The notes: generated from the letters alone by a model not told the origin. DNA of 64,000 nucleotides from an uncultured Deferribacteraceae bacterium (GCA_947313855.1 CAMZNS010000017.1:12555-76554); one strand, 5' to 3'; shown: positions 47,841-57,875, counted from the stretch's first letter. A program made the numbers and translations.

Positions 47841-48920
47841 ATGATAGTTATTCGTGGCAAATCACCCAAAAAAGATGACGACAAAGGTACTTTTGAAAAA
47901 ACCGTTTTCTGTGAAGTAAGACGAGGTGAAGCCGGTATCAACTACATCGACATCATGGACGAAGATTATACCAAATCTAACTCCGGATACCGACGTTTCC
48001 CCGCAATGCCCGACGGTAGACGATTACCACCATCAAAAATACACTTCGCCGGAGAACGACTACCCGACGGAAACTCCGACAAATGGTGGGATCTAGAAAA
48101 CTCATTCCTCGGAAAACAACCACCCGATATCAAAAACCTCGAAACATACCTACTACCACTACAAAATAGCGACGACTACGCTTACGACTACACCGGAGCC
48201 CTCGCAACAATAGGACTAAACTCGTCCATTGTAGACAACAGAGACACTACCATACAAGAAAACAACACCGAAACACAAGAAGACCTAAGCACACTCGTCC
48301 AATCCGTCGAAACAAAAATAAACCGTATTGCCGAACTAGAAGCAAACCTCGAAACATCTCTAAACGAAAACGAAACCCTAAACAAAGAGATACAAGAACT
48401 CAGAGCGGTCATCAAAGAAAAAACTGCCGTGGACATCAACGCCATGGAGCAAAACTCATACGACAAAGGATACGCCGAAGCCAAAGAGAAATACGACAGA
48501 GAATTCAAAATCGAAGAAGAAAACTACAAAGCAAACCTAGACGAATCCTTGAGAATAACGCGAGAAAATATCGACGAAATCAACAACAAACTCAAAGATG
48601 TTGACCGTATGATGCCCATGTTTATTCTCGACTTCGTACGCGAAATAATCGGCGTTGAACGCAAAATTAACGACAAACTAATACTCAATGTTATCAGAAA
48701 TAATATGGAAAAATTGGAAAGCTTCGCCGAAATGAAAATTGTTGTTAACCCAGCAGACATGGACACTGTGCAGGAAACATTCCCCGAAATACCCCTAGAC
48801 AGCTCCCCTGATGTCAGTCGTGGTGGGTTCCGAGTTGAAACTAATATCGGAGAAGTGGACTTCACCATCGAATCACTGCTGGAAGGGCTACGGGCACAAA
48901 TTTATGAATCACTTGAGTAA
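47841..48920 (+). CDS. fliH: Flagellar assembly protein FliH, unusually long
   Basis: YDKGYAEA coiled-coil and C-terminal IVVNPADM..VSRGGFRVETNIGEVDFTIE; position between fliG and fliI. Confidence 0.8.
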   Translation: MIVIRGKSPKKDDDKGTFEKTVFCEVRRGEAGINYIDIMDEDYTKSNSGYRRFPAMPDGRRLPPSKIHFAGERLPDGNSDKWWDLENSFLGKQPPDIKNLETYLLPLQNSDDYAYDYTGALATIGLNSSIVDNRDTTIQENNTETQEDLSTLVQSVETKINRIAELEANLETSLNENETLNKEIQELRAVIKEKTAVDINAMEQNSYDKGYAEAKEKYDREFKIEEENYKANLDESLRITRENIDEINNKLKDVDRMMPMFILDFVREIIGVERKINDKLILNVIRNNMEKLESFAEMKIVVNPADMDTVQETFPEIPLDSSPDVSRGGFRVETNIGEVDFTIESLLEGLRAQIYESLE

Positions 48921-50475
48921 GCTTTATCGCGTCAAACCAGCAAAATACACACCACCACTCTCCGGTCGCGTCATCGGCATCAAAGGGCTAGTCATTGAAG
49001 CTGATGGACCACTACTGAGCCTCGGAACCCGTTGTGTGGTGCAGTGCGACAAAGGGGGAACCCTATGCGAAATCATCGGCTTTGGCAAAAACAAGGTCTT
49101 CCTCATGCCATTTGGAACCCTAGACGGCATCGCACCCAACTACAAGGTTGAAAGCTTGCCCACATCCAGTGCAGCCATTACCGTGCATGAGGGTATGCTG
49201 GGCACAGTACTTGACGGGCTAGGTCAACCGTTTGGCACGTTCGACTTTGGCGTTCCCGCACCATACGACTCGCCTGAACATGCAAAGGATGATCGCGGGC
49301 ACTCTAGCACCCAACCGTCCGCAACGTCCGCAACGTCCATCACCGCAACGTCCGCAACGTCCGCACCGTCCGCACCGTCCATCACCGCAACGCAACGCGA
49401 CCCCAAGGTCATGCCACTCTACGCCGGTGCACCCGATCCCCTAACCCGATCCATCATCAAGGAACCCATCTACACAGGGGTGAAGGCTATCGATGGTTTA
49501 CTAACTATGGGTAGCGGTCAGCGTGTGGGTATTTTTGCTGGTTCAGGTGTTGGTAAGTCGGTGCTTTTGGGGATGATTGCCCGCCAAACCACGGCTGATA
49601 TTAACGTCATCGCCCTTGTTGGCGAGCGTGGTCGTGAAGTGAAGGAGTTTATTGAGAACGACTTGGGTGTTGAGGGTCTTAAACGCAGTGTGATTATTGT
49701 GGCAACGAGTGACACCTCACCACTACTACGTCGTAGTGCTCCATTTGTTGCCACAGCTGTGGCGGAATATTTTGCATCCAAGGGGAATCGTGTTATGCTG
49801 ATGATGGATTCCCTCACACGGTTTGCCATGGCACAGCGTGAGATAGGTTTGTCCGCTGGCGAGCCCCCCACTAGCAAGGGTTACCCCCCTTCAGCTTTCA
49901 GCTACTTCCCACGCCTTTTGGAGCGTGCAGGTACAACTTCGGGTAAGGGCTCCATTACGGCAATCTACACTGTGCTTGTTGAGTCGGACGACATGAATGA
50001 TCCTGTTGCGGATAGTGTTCGCTCCATCATCGACGGCCATATCGTACTGGATCGTGCCCTTGCCGCCAAAAACCACTTCCCCTCAATCAGAATCATGTCC
50101 TCCGCAAGCCGAGTTATGAAGTCGGTCATCAACAAAGAACACGACACCCTTGCAGGCAGAATCAAACAGCTCTACTCCGACTACTTAGGGGCAGAAGACC
50201 TCATCAATATCGGTGCTTACGCAAGTGGTAGCAATCGAAATATTGACGAAGCACGAAGCAAAATCGATAGCATTAATGCATTCCTCAAGCAGGATCTACA
50301 CGAAACATTTACCATTGAAAACACACTGGAACAGATGACTCGAATAGTTGGAGCAGTGCCGCCCACGGGGGGGAGTATCCAAGCTCAGCAGATTGCTCAG
50401 GCTCAACAAGCTCAACAAGCACAGCAGGCTCGACAAGCACAGCAGGCTCAACAAGCACAGCAGGCTCAAAAATAA
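48904..50475 (+). CDS. fliI: Flagellar export ATPase FliI with two low-complexity insertions
   Basis: Walker A GSGVGKS, ALVGERGREV, DSLTRFAMAQREIGL..GEPP..KGYPPS, IIDGHIVL. Confidence 0.96.
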   Translation: MNHLSKLYRVKPAKYTPPLSGRVIGIKGLVIEADGPLLSLGTRCVVQCDKGGTLCEIIGFGKNKVFLMPFGTLDGIAPNYKVESLPTSSAAITVHEGMLGTVLDGLGQPFGTFDFGVPAPYDSPEHAKDDRGHSSTQPSATSATSITATSATSAPSAPSITATQRDPKVMPLYAGAPDPLTRSIIKEPIYTGVKAIDGLLTMGSGQRVGIFAGSGVGKSVLLGMIARQTTADINVIALVGERGREVKEFIENDLGVEGLKRSVIIVATSDTSPLLRRSAPFVATAVAEYFASKGNRVMLMMDSLTRFAMAQREIGLSAGEPPTSKGYPPSAFSYFPRLLERAGTTSGKGSITAIYTVLVESDDMNDPVADSVRSIIDGHIVLDRALAAKNHFPSIRIMSSASRVMKSVINKEHDTLAGRIKQLYSDYLGAEDLINIGAYASGSNRNIDEARSKIDSINAFLKQDLHETFTIENTLEQMTRIVGAVPPTGGSIQAQQIAQAQQAQQAQQARQAQQAQQAQQAQK

Positions 50476-50540
50476 ATAGAACTATCCGCACACACCAACA
50501 CACTTATCTAAAACATAATAAACAATACTAAGGATTTTTT

Positions 50541-50999
50541 ATGAATAACAACAACTTTCGATTCAATAAAATACTCGAAATAAACAAAATGAAGCTGGAC
50601 AATGAAAAAACTAAGCTCCAACAGTTGCAAGAACGTAGCCAACAAATAAAACAGATGATCGACTCCAAAAAAAATAGCCTTCTCGTTGCACAACACAAAG
50701 CCGATAGCGAAGAATTCCTCTACGACCCACGAATACACTCCATGCAACTACAATACGTCGAATCACTCGAAAACGAACTTGTCGCACTAGTCTCTCTTGG
50801 CGAAAAAGCTGACGAAGCACTCAAACTACAACAAGATGCCCTCGCAAACGCCTTCAAAGAATTCAAAACCTTCGAAAAAATGAAGGAATACCACGAAGAC
50901 AGTGTCAAAGAGGAACTCAATAAGTACGACCAAAAACTCATCGACGAACACAACTCCATACAACACACACAAAGAAAGCACCTCGAAGGGGACGCCTAA
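50541..50999 (+). CDS. fliJ: Flagellar export chaperone FliJ
   Basis: FRFNKILE..., AFKEFKTFEKMKE, QKLIDE; position after fliI. Confidence 0.8.
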   Translation: MNNNNFRFNKILEINKMKLDNEKTKLQQLQERSQQIKQMIDSKKNSLLVAQHKADSEEFLYDPRIHSMQLQYVESLENELVALVSLGEKADEALKLQQDALANAFKEFKTFEKMKEYHEDSVKEELNKYDQKLIDEHNSIQHTQRKHLEGDA

Positions 51000-51002
51000 C
51001 TT

Positions 51003-51641
51003 ATGACCGCAATAACACTACATAACAAACAAACTTCAACAAAAAAAATCGCTACAACAGCACTACGCACAACTCGCACAACTCGCACAGCCCTCACAGC
51101 CCTCACAGCCCTCACAGCCCTCACAGTACTACTCGCACTAACCAGCACCCCCGCAAAAGCACTCGCCGAAGGGGAACCAACAGGCACAAACGCCGTTGTC
51201 AACCTCGATTGCAGCGGACTGGAAGGGTACGCCCTAAGCCTCGAATCCCGTGCACGAAAAATCGAAGCAGACGAACTTAGCCTCAGACAACGAATGGCCG
51301 CTCTAGAGCAGTTCCAACAATCAATAAACCAACAACGATCACAAGTCACCGCTCTACAAAACATTGTAAACGACAAGCTGGCTCAAATACAAACCATTGA
51401 AGACGAACGACTCGCACAACTCGCACAGATGATGTCAGGGACTGCACCAAAATCCGCCGCAGCAATATTGGAAAACATGGATCCGCAAGATGCCGCCGCT
51501 ATTCTCTCCATGACGTCAAAGTCGGTCTCAGGGAACATCATGACAGCCATTGGCAAGCAAAACCCCAAATTCGGTGCCGATGTGTCACTATACTTCACGC
51601 CAGACAGAGCCTTCTCCGATGCCATCAACAGCCAACCGTAA
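51003..51641 (+). CDS. MotE/FlbB (MgtE-N-like) flagellar accessory protein
   Basis: Signal/TM segment, coiled coil, LAQMMSGTAPKSAAAILENMD..AAAIL repeat; usual position after fliJ. Confidence 0.7.
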   Translation: MTAITLHNKQTSTKKIATTALRTTRTTRTALTALTALTALTVLLALTSTPAKALAEGEPTGTNAVVNLDCSGLEGYALSLESRARKIEADELSLRQRMAALEQFQQSINQQRSQVTALQNIVNDKLAQIQTIEDERLAQLAQMMSGTAPKSAAAILENMDPQDAAAILSMTSKSVSGNIMTAIGKQNPKFGADVSLYFTPDRAFSDAINSQP

Positions 51642-51715
51642 CACTGATGAACACAGCAAGCACCCTCGCCTACAACTATGCCACAACTATGCCACAACTA
51701 TGCCACACACCTCCC

Positions 51716-52915
51716 CTACTTGAATATCGCCCTGTCTAACGTACTCAAATGAAGCAACACAGACGCTCCACCCTGTGCCTCCATGTAGCGTATCTCGCTC
51801 CCCACACCAACCCAACGACCCACCTTCACCGTACGCACAGGTTTCTTATCCGAATCGAAACACATAATATTCCCACGATAAACATAGTAAAACGTATCAG
51901 CCACAACAGGTTCCAACCCATGGGGCTCCAACACAATACCGTAACGTGCCAAAAACTTGCGACTAAACATGCCACGAAGCTTCACATTAAAATATATCAG
52001 GTACTCTACAGGTCGATGGGCAATATTAATAATGCACGCAAATAGGTAAAACAGCAGTGCCAACACATAAATATACACCATCAATACCACAGCAGAACTC
52101 ATCGAACCGTAAATAATCGTTATGGCTGGCAACACCAACAAAACAGACATCACCTTCTGAACACCAATATTAATAACGGACAACGTTATCGATAACAGAA
52201 AAATAAGACGCCTAGACGTGCCAACAGGGGACAACCAAAGGTATATGGGCATGTAAATAATCGTCATCAACAGAAGAGACGCCGACAAAGATATTAACTT
52301 TACATAAGGTATATGAACCTCTTGAACAAGCTCGTACAACAAAGGAACATTATCCAGTATCTCTGTGGGAAGGTTGGTAACCACAAATGTTGCCATATTC
52401 TTGACAATCTCAATTGCCATGGACAGGGTCAGCACAACAACCAAAAACGGGATGATAAACAAAGACGCACCCCAATACTGAAAGGTAGTATAAACCTTCT
52501 GACGAAAAATTATGCTAAACGTGCTCACCGTACTGTAAACCATTAAACGTGACGCAACACTAAGCAACACAAAACCGATAATACCTACAGACGCTAGTCG
52601 CTTGGAATTACTCAGATTCTCACGCACCGAAATAAAGTCGAAGTACGCATACTCGCTCAGATAATCAACAAACTGACGCAACTCCTCCCTGATAAACGCA
52701 ACCCTCGCCAACTGCTCAACAACAGTGGTCAAAAGAGCAAGGGTAGGAATAATGGACAGAATAAGGAAAAATGTTAGTGCCGCCGAATGGTTGTACATGC
52801 GTGTTCTATGGAAGCACTTGAAGGCGATGCGAAGAACAACGCTAACATGGACAAAACTCTCCCACAAGCACGCCAACCGTGTTGGACATCTCGCCGCCAC
52901 CACTAAATTCTTCAT
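51716..52915 (-). CDS. YihY/BrkB family membrane protein with C-terminal soluble extension
   Basis: SAALTFF.ILSIIP, IYGSMSSAVVLMVYIY motifs; GAGGGG SD before ATG 52915. Confidence 0.75.
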   Translation of the reverse strand: MKNLVVAARCPTRLACLWESFVHVSVVLRIAFKCFHRTRMYNHSAALTFFLILSIIPTLALLTTVVEQLARVAFIREELRQFVDYLSEYAYFDFISVRENLSNSKRLASVGIIGFVLLSVASRLMVYSTVSTFSIIFRQKVYTTFQYWGASLFIIPFLVVVLTLSMAIEIVKNMATFVVTNLPTEILDNVPLLYELVQEVHIPYVKLISLSASLLLMTIIYMPIYLWLSPVGTSRRLIFLLSITLSVINIGVQKVMSVLLVLPAITIIYGSMSSAVVLMVYIYVLALLFYLFACIINIAHRPVEYLIYFNVKLRGMFSRKFLARYGIVLEPHGLEPVVADTFYYVYRGNIMCFDSDKKPVRTVKVGRWVGVGSEIRYMEAQGGASVLLHLSTLDRAIFK

Positions 52916-53016
52916 CAAATACCCCTCATACCTAGTAATTATATGCATTTCACAAAATAATACAAAACTATTTTCTGTTACAACTTATAAATACACGCAT
53001 GAGGGGCATGACACAA

Positions 53017-54075
53017 CTATTTTACAGACTTAATCTTATCCCAATACTCGGTGTAGGTGTCCAAGTAATCACCAACGTCGAGGATGTACTGCAACCGCTC
53101 ACGAGTCGCATCACTAGGGTAGATTACCACATCGCTACGCTCCTCGGCAGTCATGAGCTTGATACTAGCAGAATTTGGCGACGAAAATCCATACTCGCGA
53201 CTGAGCTCCAAGTTGATATCGCCACGCAATAGGTAGGATATGAACTGGTAAGCAATGGCGTTGTCCCTGCTGTTTGCGGGCAATGCCATAACGTCCATCC
53301 ACACAACACCACCCTCTTGCGGAACAATAAACTCCATGTCAGGGTTCTCGTCCATTACCTGTTTCGCTTCCCCATTGTAGATAATCCCCGCGGAGGTATC
53401 ACCCATGACAAAAGGCGTTACGGGGAGATCGGACGTGAATACGCGTGCACGGTGCTTGAGCCCCAAAATAAACTGGTAGGCGTTGTAGATTTCCGTGTTG
53501 TTCTTGGAGTTGATGTTGCTCGAACCTGTGGCAAGTAGTCCCATGGCGAACATTTCGCGGGGATCGTCGAACAGTAGCAGTTTGTTGCGGAACTCATCAC
53601 GTTGCAGGTCTGTCCAGCTATCCAACGGATCTGACGTCATGGTTGAGTTGTAGATTAACCCAGTGTACCCCCAAAAATACGGTATGCTGTATTTAGCAAA
53701 ATCCTTGGAGATTAACCCTTCCGTTATATTTTCCATGCCATCGATTTGTGTGTAGTCCAAAGGCTCCACCAACCCCTCATCCATCATGCGGGCAAGGTAG
53801 TAGAGTGACGGGAAAATAATGTCGTAGTTTTCAATGCTATTCCCCTGCTTCAGTTTGGTGTACAGCTCTTCGTTGCTGTTGTAGGTTGCCAAACGAACCT
53901 TGACACCCGTCTCCTTCTCAAACCCCCTGATTACGTCTTCAGAGATGTAGTCCGACCAATTAAATATCACCAGCTCCTTCTTATCCTTGCACCCGACAAG
54001 ACCCATGCTCAGTATCACAACCGCCACCGGAACCATAACAGACACACGTACCATCTTCCGCAAAACTTCTAACAT
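53017..54075 (-). CDS. potD: Spermidine/putrescine-binding protein (lipoprotein form)
   Basis: Lipobox LVGC; FNWSDYI, YNSNEELY.KL, IPYFWG.TG, LLFDDPRE, P.EG...WMD. Confidence 0.92.
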   Translation of the reverse strand: MLEVLRKMVRVSVMVPVAVVILSMGLVGCKDKKELVIFNWSDYISEDVIRGFEKETGVKVRLATYNSNEELYTKLKQGNSIENYDIIFPSLYYLARMMDEGLVEPLDYTQIDGMENITEGLISKDFAKYSIPYFWGYTGLIYNSTMTSDPLDSWTDLQRDEFRNKLLLFDDPREMFAMGLLATGSSNINSKNNTEIYNAYQFILGLKHRARVFTSDLPVTPFVMGDTSAGIIYNGEAKQVMDENPDMEFIVPQEGGVVWMDVMALPANSRDNAIAYQFISYLLRGDINLELSREYGFSSPNSASIKLMTAEERSDVVIYPSDATRERLQYILDVGDYLDTYTEYWDKIKSVK

Positions 54076-54128
54076 ACTTAACTCCAAAAAAATCATTCAT
54101 TCGTCCACTCTAACTAACAAATTTATAA

Positions 54129-54914
54129 TCACAAAATCCGATGGAACACCCTGTTACGACGACTCAAAATCAGTATCAAAACTATGTTGACAACACTCAC
54201 AAAAACCATAATCGAAGTAATAGCATATGCCTGAGGAGTCAAACCTATACGTGCCATCGAATACACCGTCAACGGGAAAATAGGGTAAGTTACCTCCGAC
54301 AAAAAGAAACTCACAACAACATCATCCATGGACAACGTAAAACTCAACAACATGCTGCTAACGATACCCGGAAGCAACAACGGAAACAAAATATACCAAA
54401 AAACCTTCACCTGACTCGCACCAAGATCGTAAGACGACAAAAATATATTCCGATCAAGACCACGCAAATAACCGTAAATAACCACCACCGAAAACGGCAA
54501 CGTCAACACCGTATGACCTATCAACAAACGAACAAAACCACCATCAATACCAAAAATATACAGGGTGCTCGACAACGATATCCCCAAAACAATGTCTGGA
54601 GCTATCAAAAGCAAAACCAAACCGTAACCCATGAACAACTTCCCACGAAAACGATAAACATAAAACAATAACGACACCGCTACACCCAAAATAGTCGAAC
54701 TAATCGCCGTGGACAAACCCAAAATAAGGGAATTCACAAACGACAACAAAATATGGCTACCCGTAAAAATATTCGCGTACCACTCAAACGTAAATCCCTT
54801 CCACACCGGCAACTTCGAACTATTAAAACTAAACAGAAGAAGAACCATTATCGGAAAATAAATAAACAACAAAACTATGCCAACATAAAACCTACTCGCA
54901 ATAAACCTCAACAT
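54129..54914 (-). CDS. potC: Spermidine/putrescine ABC permease
   Basis: FIYFPI..L..FSFN, GFT.EWY, FTLSMDDVVVSFF. Confidence 0.9.
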   Translation of the reverse strand: MLRFIASRFYVGIVLLFIYFPIMVLLLFSFNSSKLPVWKGFTFEWYANIFTGSHILLSFVNSLILGLSTAISSTILGVAVSLLFYVYRFRGKLFMGYGLVLLLIAPDIVLGISLSSTLYIFGIDGGFVRLLIGHTVLTLPFSVVVIYGYLRGLDRNIFLSSYDLGASQVKVFWYILFPLLLPGIVSSMLLSFTLSMDDVVVSFFLSEVTYPIFPLTVYSMARIGLTPQAYAITSIMVFVSVVNIVLILILSRRNRVFHRIL

Positions 54915-54916
54915 AA

Positions 54917-55906
54917 CTAAACCGAACCCCCATTACCTAATGAAGATGCACCAACATCACCACGGCTACCACGACCCTCTGAAACACCACCACCAGAAAA
55001 AAACGACGAACTACGCCAACCCAACCAACCAACAAACAACGGTACCAAAACCAACACAATCATAAACACAACACTTATCGCACTACCATAACCCCAGTTG
55101 CCCGCAACAGTGTATTGATTGCGAATGAACCCGCCCAACAACAACGTCTTCGAACCACCAAGAATATCCGAAACATAAAACATGGTCAAAGACGGCGGAA
55201 ATACCATCAAAATACCACCAAAAACACCAGACCGACTAAGGGGAATAGTTATCTGAAACAACGTGCGAACCGAACTCGCACCAAGATCGTGAGCAGCACT
55301 GTAACACTCCCACGGTATCTTGCGAATGGAATTGTAAACAGGCAAAATCATGAACGGCAACAAAACATAGACCATACCAAGCACAGCAGCAAAATCGGTG
55401 TAAAGAAGGGGCAACGGCTCGCCAATAACACCTAATCGCAACAACAACGCATTAACCATACCGTTGGAAGACAAAATAACCTGAAACGCAAAAATCTTGA
55501 GGATAGTGCTCACCCAAAAAGGCAAAATCAACAGAACCAACACAACCAAACGAGTGCGAGGACGCAAACCCGACAATGACAACGCAAACGGAAAACCAAC
55601 AGCAAGGGTAACAAACGTAACACTCACAGACATCCACACAGAACTCAACAACACCGACGCAAATACAGACGTAAACACATCGCCATAACCACTAAAAGTA
55701 AACGGCAACGTGTAAAACTCCGTGGGGGTATGGCTCGTGAAACTCAACAACAACATCAGAAACATGGGCACAGCAACAAGGACTATCAACACACACGACA
55801 CTAACACCAACAACCCTGTACGCAACATACCCCGTCGCCCCAAGGGTGTTGCGGTCGCAGGTGCAGACGTGGTCGCAGGTGCAGACCTCTGTCGGTTATA
55901 TCTCAT
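54917..55906 (-). CDS. potB: Spermidine/putrescine ABC permease
   Basis: LILPFWVS, GMVYVLLPFMILP.Y, AA.DLGAS, GNWGYGSA. Confidence 0.9.
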   Translation of the reverse strand: MRYNRQRSAPATTSAPATATPLGRRGMLRTGLLVLVSCVLIVLVAVPMFLMLLLSFTSHTPTEFYTLPFTFSGYGDVFTSVFASVLLSSVWMSVSVTFVTLAVGFPFALSLSGLRPRTRLVVLVLLILPFWVSTILKIFAFQVILSSNGMVNALLLRLGVIGEPLPLLYTDFAAVLGMVYVLLPFMILPVYNSIRKIPWECYSAAHDLGASSVRTLFQITIPLSRSGVFGGILMVFPPSLTMFYVSDILGGSKTLLLGGFIRNQYTVAGNWGYGSAISVVFMIVLVLVPLFVGWLGWRSSSFFSGGGVSEGRGSRGDVGASSLGNGGSV

Positions 55907-57014
55907 GGGGGTAATACACAACCTCCCAACCGCTTATCCAGTTCACAGCAACCTTGTCACCAACATCTTCATCCAGCTCCTCGTGCTCCTCGTCAAAGAA
56001 CTCGCTCACCGCAATGGTTTTCCCACTTTCAAGCTCAATATCCAGCTCAACTGTAGCACCCTTGTAGGTTTTGGTTGTAACCGTCCCCAGCATGTACCCC
56101 CCAAGATCGTCTGCCACGTCCTCCCTCTTGAAAACACGCATATCCTCAGGACGCAGGAGTATCTTGCACTCCTCCCCAACACCATCTTTCCCCGAAATAT
56201 CGATAACGCCCCTAGCGTTCTCCACCAAAACTGTGGCGGATTTGGCACCACCTGTGTTAGTGGTTTGTGTGCGAGAGATTATGGTTGCGTCGAAGATGTT
56301 TGCATTACCGATAAATGTTGCGGTGAACAGGTTTTGCGGTGTTTCGTAGACCTCTTTCGGCGTCCCAATCTGTTCAATCCGTCCGTCGCTCATAACCACA
56401 ATACGACTACTCAGAGCCATGGCTTCCTGTTGGTCGTGTGTTACGAGGATGAAGGTGATTCCTAGGCGTTGTTGTAGCTGTTTAATCTCCGTCTGCATCT
56501 GAGCACGTAGCTTCGCATCTAATGCCGACAGGGGTTCGTCTAGCAGAAGTATGTTCGGTTTATTGATGAATGCTCGTGCCATTGCGACCCGCTGTTTTTG
56601 TCCCCCAGAGAGTTCGTGGGGTTTGTGATGTGCTTTGTCGGATAGGTGCACCAACTCTAAGGCGTTGTACACCTCGTCGCGTATGACATCTTTGGGCATG
56701 CGACGAACTTTCAGCCCGAATGCAACATTATTGAACACGCTCATATGGGGGAACAGGGCGTAGTTTTGGAAGACAGTGTTGATGGATCTTTTTTCGGGTG
56801 GGATGGGGGTGATGTTTGTGGTTCCGAGGCGAACACTGCCTGCGTCTGGCACGACAATACCGGAGATAATGTTCAGTAGGGTGGTTTTCCCGCACCCCGA
56901 TGGTCCTAGCAGTGTTAATATTTCGCCGGGGTGTACCTCGAAGCTAATATTATCAAGCACTTTTTTGCCGTCGAAGGATTTAGAGATACTGTTGATGTAT
57001 AGCGTTTGGCTCAT
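55896..57014 (-). CDS. potA: Spermidine/putrescine ABC ATPase
   Basis: LLGPSGCGKT, INTVFQNYALFPHM, LSGGQKQR, LLDEPLSALD, TOBE tail SEFFDE..W...WEVV. Confidence 0.95.
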   Translation of the reverse strand: MSQTLYINSISKSFDGKKVLDNISFEVHPGEILTLLGPSGCGKTTLLNIISGIVVPDAGSVRLGTTNITPIPPEKRSINTVFQNYALFPHMSVFNNVAFGLKVRRMPKDVIRDEVYNALELVHLSDKAHHKPHELSGGQKQRVAMARAFINKPNILLLDEPLSALDAKLRAQMQTEIKQLQQRLGITFILVTHDQQEAMALSSRIVVMSDGRIEQIGTPKEVYETPQNLFTATFIGNANIFDATIISRTQTTNTGGAKSATVLVENARGVIDISGKDGVGEECKILLRPEDMRVFKREDVADDLGGYMLGTVTTKTYKGATVELDIELESGKTIAVSEFFDEEHEELDEDVGDKVAVNWISGWEVVYYPHEI

Positions 57015-57082
57015 GGTTGTAAAACACCTCTGTTGCGGCAAAATAAAACATTTTTTCCTATCTTAGCCTACAAAACTGGTGT

Positions 57083-57111
57083 ATTGTCGTTGTTTTTGAC
57101 CGTTGTGTCAA
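57083..57111 (-). promoter_or_regulatory. Putative sigma70 promoter for potABCD
   Basis: TTGACA-17 nt-GACAAT. Confidence 0.5.
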
Positions 57112-57279
57112 GTATTTTTTGCTATATTTTCCATATTTTCACAGTTTATAGTTGCACACAAAAATGGGGGGTTTCTGCATTTCTGCCTCTGAAAAAATTG
57201 CTGTATTTTCTGTTTTTCATGATTTTTTCTAATTTAAGGGGTGTTTTTATTAAGGTCAACATAAAGGTGCATTCTTCCC

Positions 57280-57308
57280 TTGACTTTCCAACGGTTTTAA
57301 GATACCAT
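57280..57308 (+). promoter_or_regulatory. Putative sigma70 promoter for tRNA-Arg
   Basis: TTGACT-17 nt-TACCAT. Confidence 0.55.
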
Positions 57309-57368
57309 TCTATTGACGAGAAATGGCTTTAAGGGGTTGCGTTCAATCCTAAATATATCGGTGCACGA

Positions 57369-57421
57369 CTGAAATTGAAATTGAAATTGAGATTGAATTT
57401 GAATTTGAAATTGAATTTCAG
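57369..57421. repeat. ~8 x 6-bp (TTGAA[A/T]) microsatellite bounded by inverted CTGAAATT/AATTTCAG
   Basis: Read directly. Confidence 0.85.
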
Positions 57422-57507
57422 TACTGGCTGTAGTTTACTCTGTACCTAATATAATTATGCTCATATGTTGTAACGCTTCCCTTTGGAGCATTTCGCTCCA
57501 TCTTCAT

Positions 57508-57581
57508 GCCCCCGTAGCTCAGCCGGATAGAGTAGTGGATTCCTAATCCAAAGGTCGGACGTTCAAGTCGTCTCGGGGGTG
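57508..57581 (+). tRNA. tRNA-Arg (anticodon CCT), CCA not encoded
   Basis: Cloverleaf: acceptor GCCCCCG/CGGGGGT, D arm GCTC/GAGT, anticodon loop TTCCTAA, T arm GGACG-TTCAAGT-CGTCT. Confidence 0.95.
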
Positions 57582-57589
57582 CTTTTTCC

Positions 57590-57875
57590 CACGCAGCCAC
57601 CACAGCCACCACGTCACACAGCCACCACGTCACACAGTCACCACGTCACCACGCAACAACGCAACACCGTCACCATGCAACAACGCAACACCGTCACCAC
57701 GTCACACCGTCACCACGCAACAACGCAACAACGCAACACCGTCACCATGCAACACCGTCACACCGTCACACCGTCACACCGTCACCACGCAACAACGCAA
57801 CACCGTCACCATGCAACACCGTCACACCGTCACACCGTCACACCGTCACACCGTCACACCGTCACACCGTCACCC
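57590..57875. repeat. ~285-bp satellite built from CACCGTCA and CAACGCAA 8-mers
   Basis: Read directly; fills the tRNA-lptG convergent gap. Confidence 0.9.
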
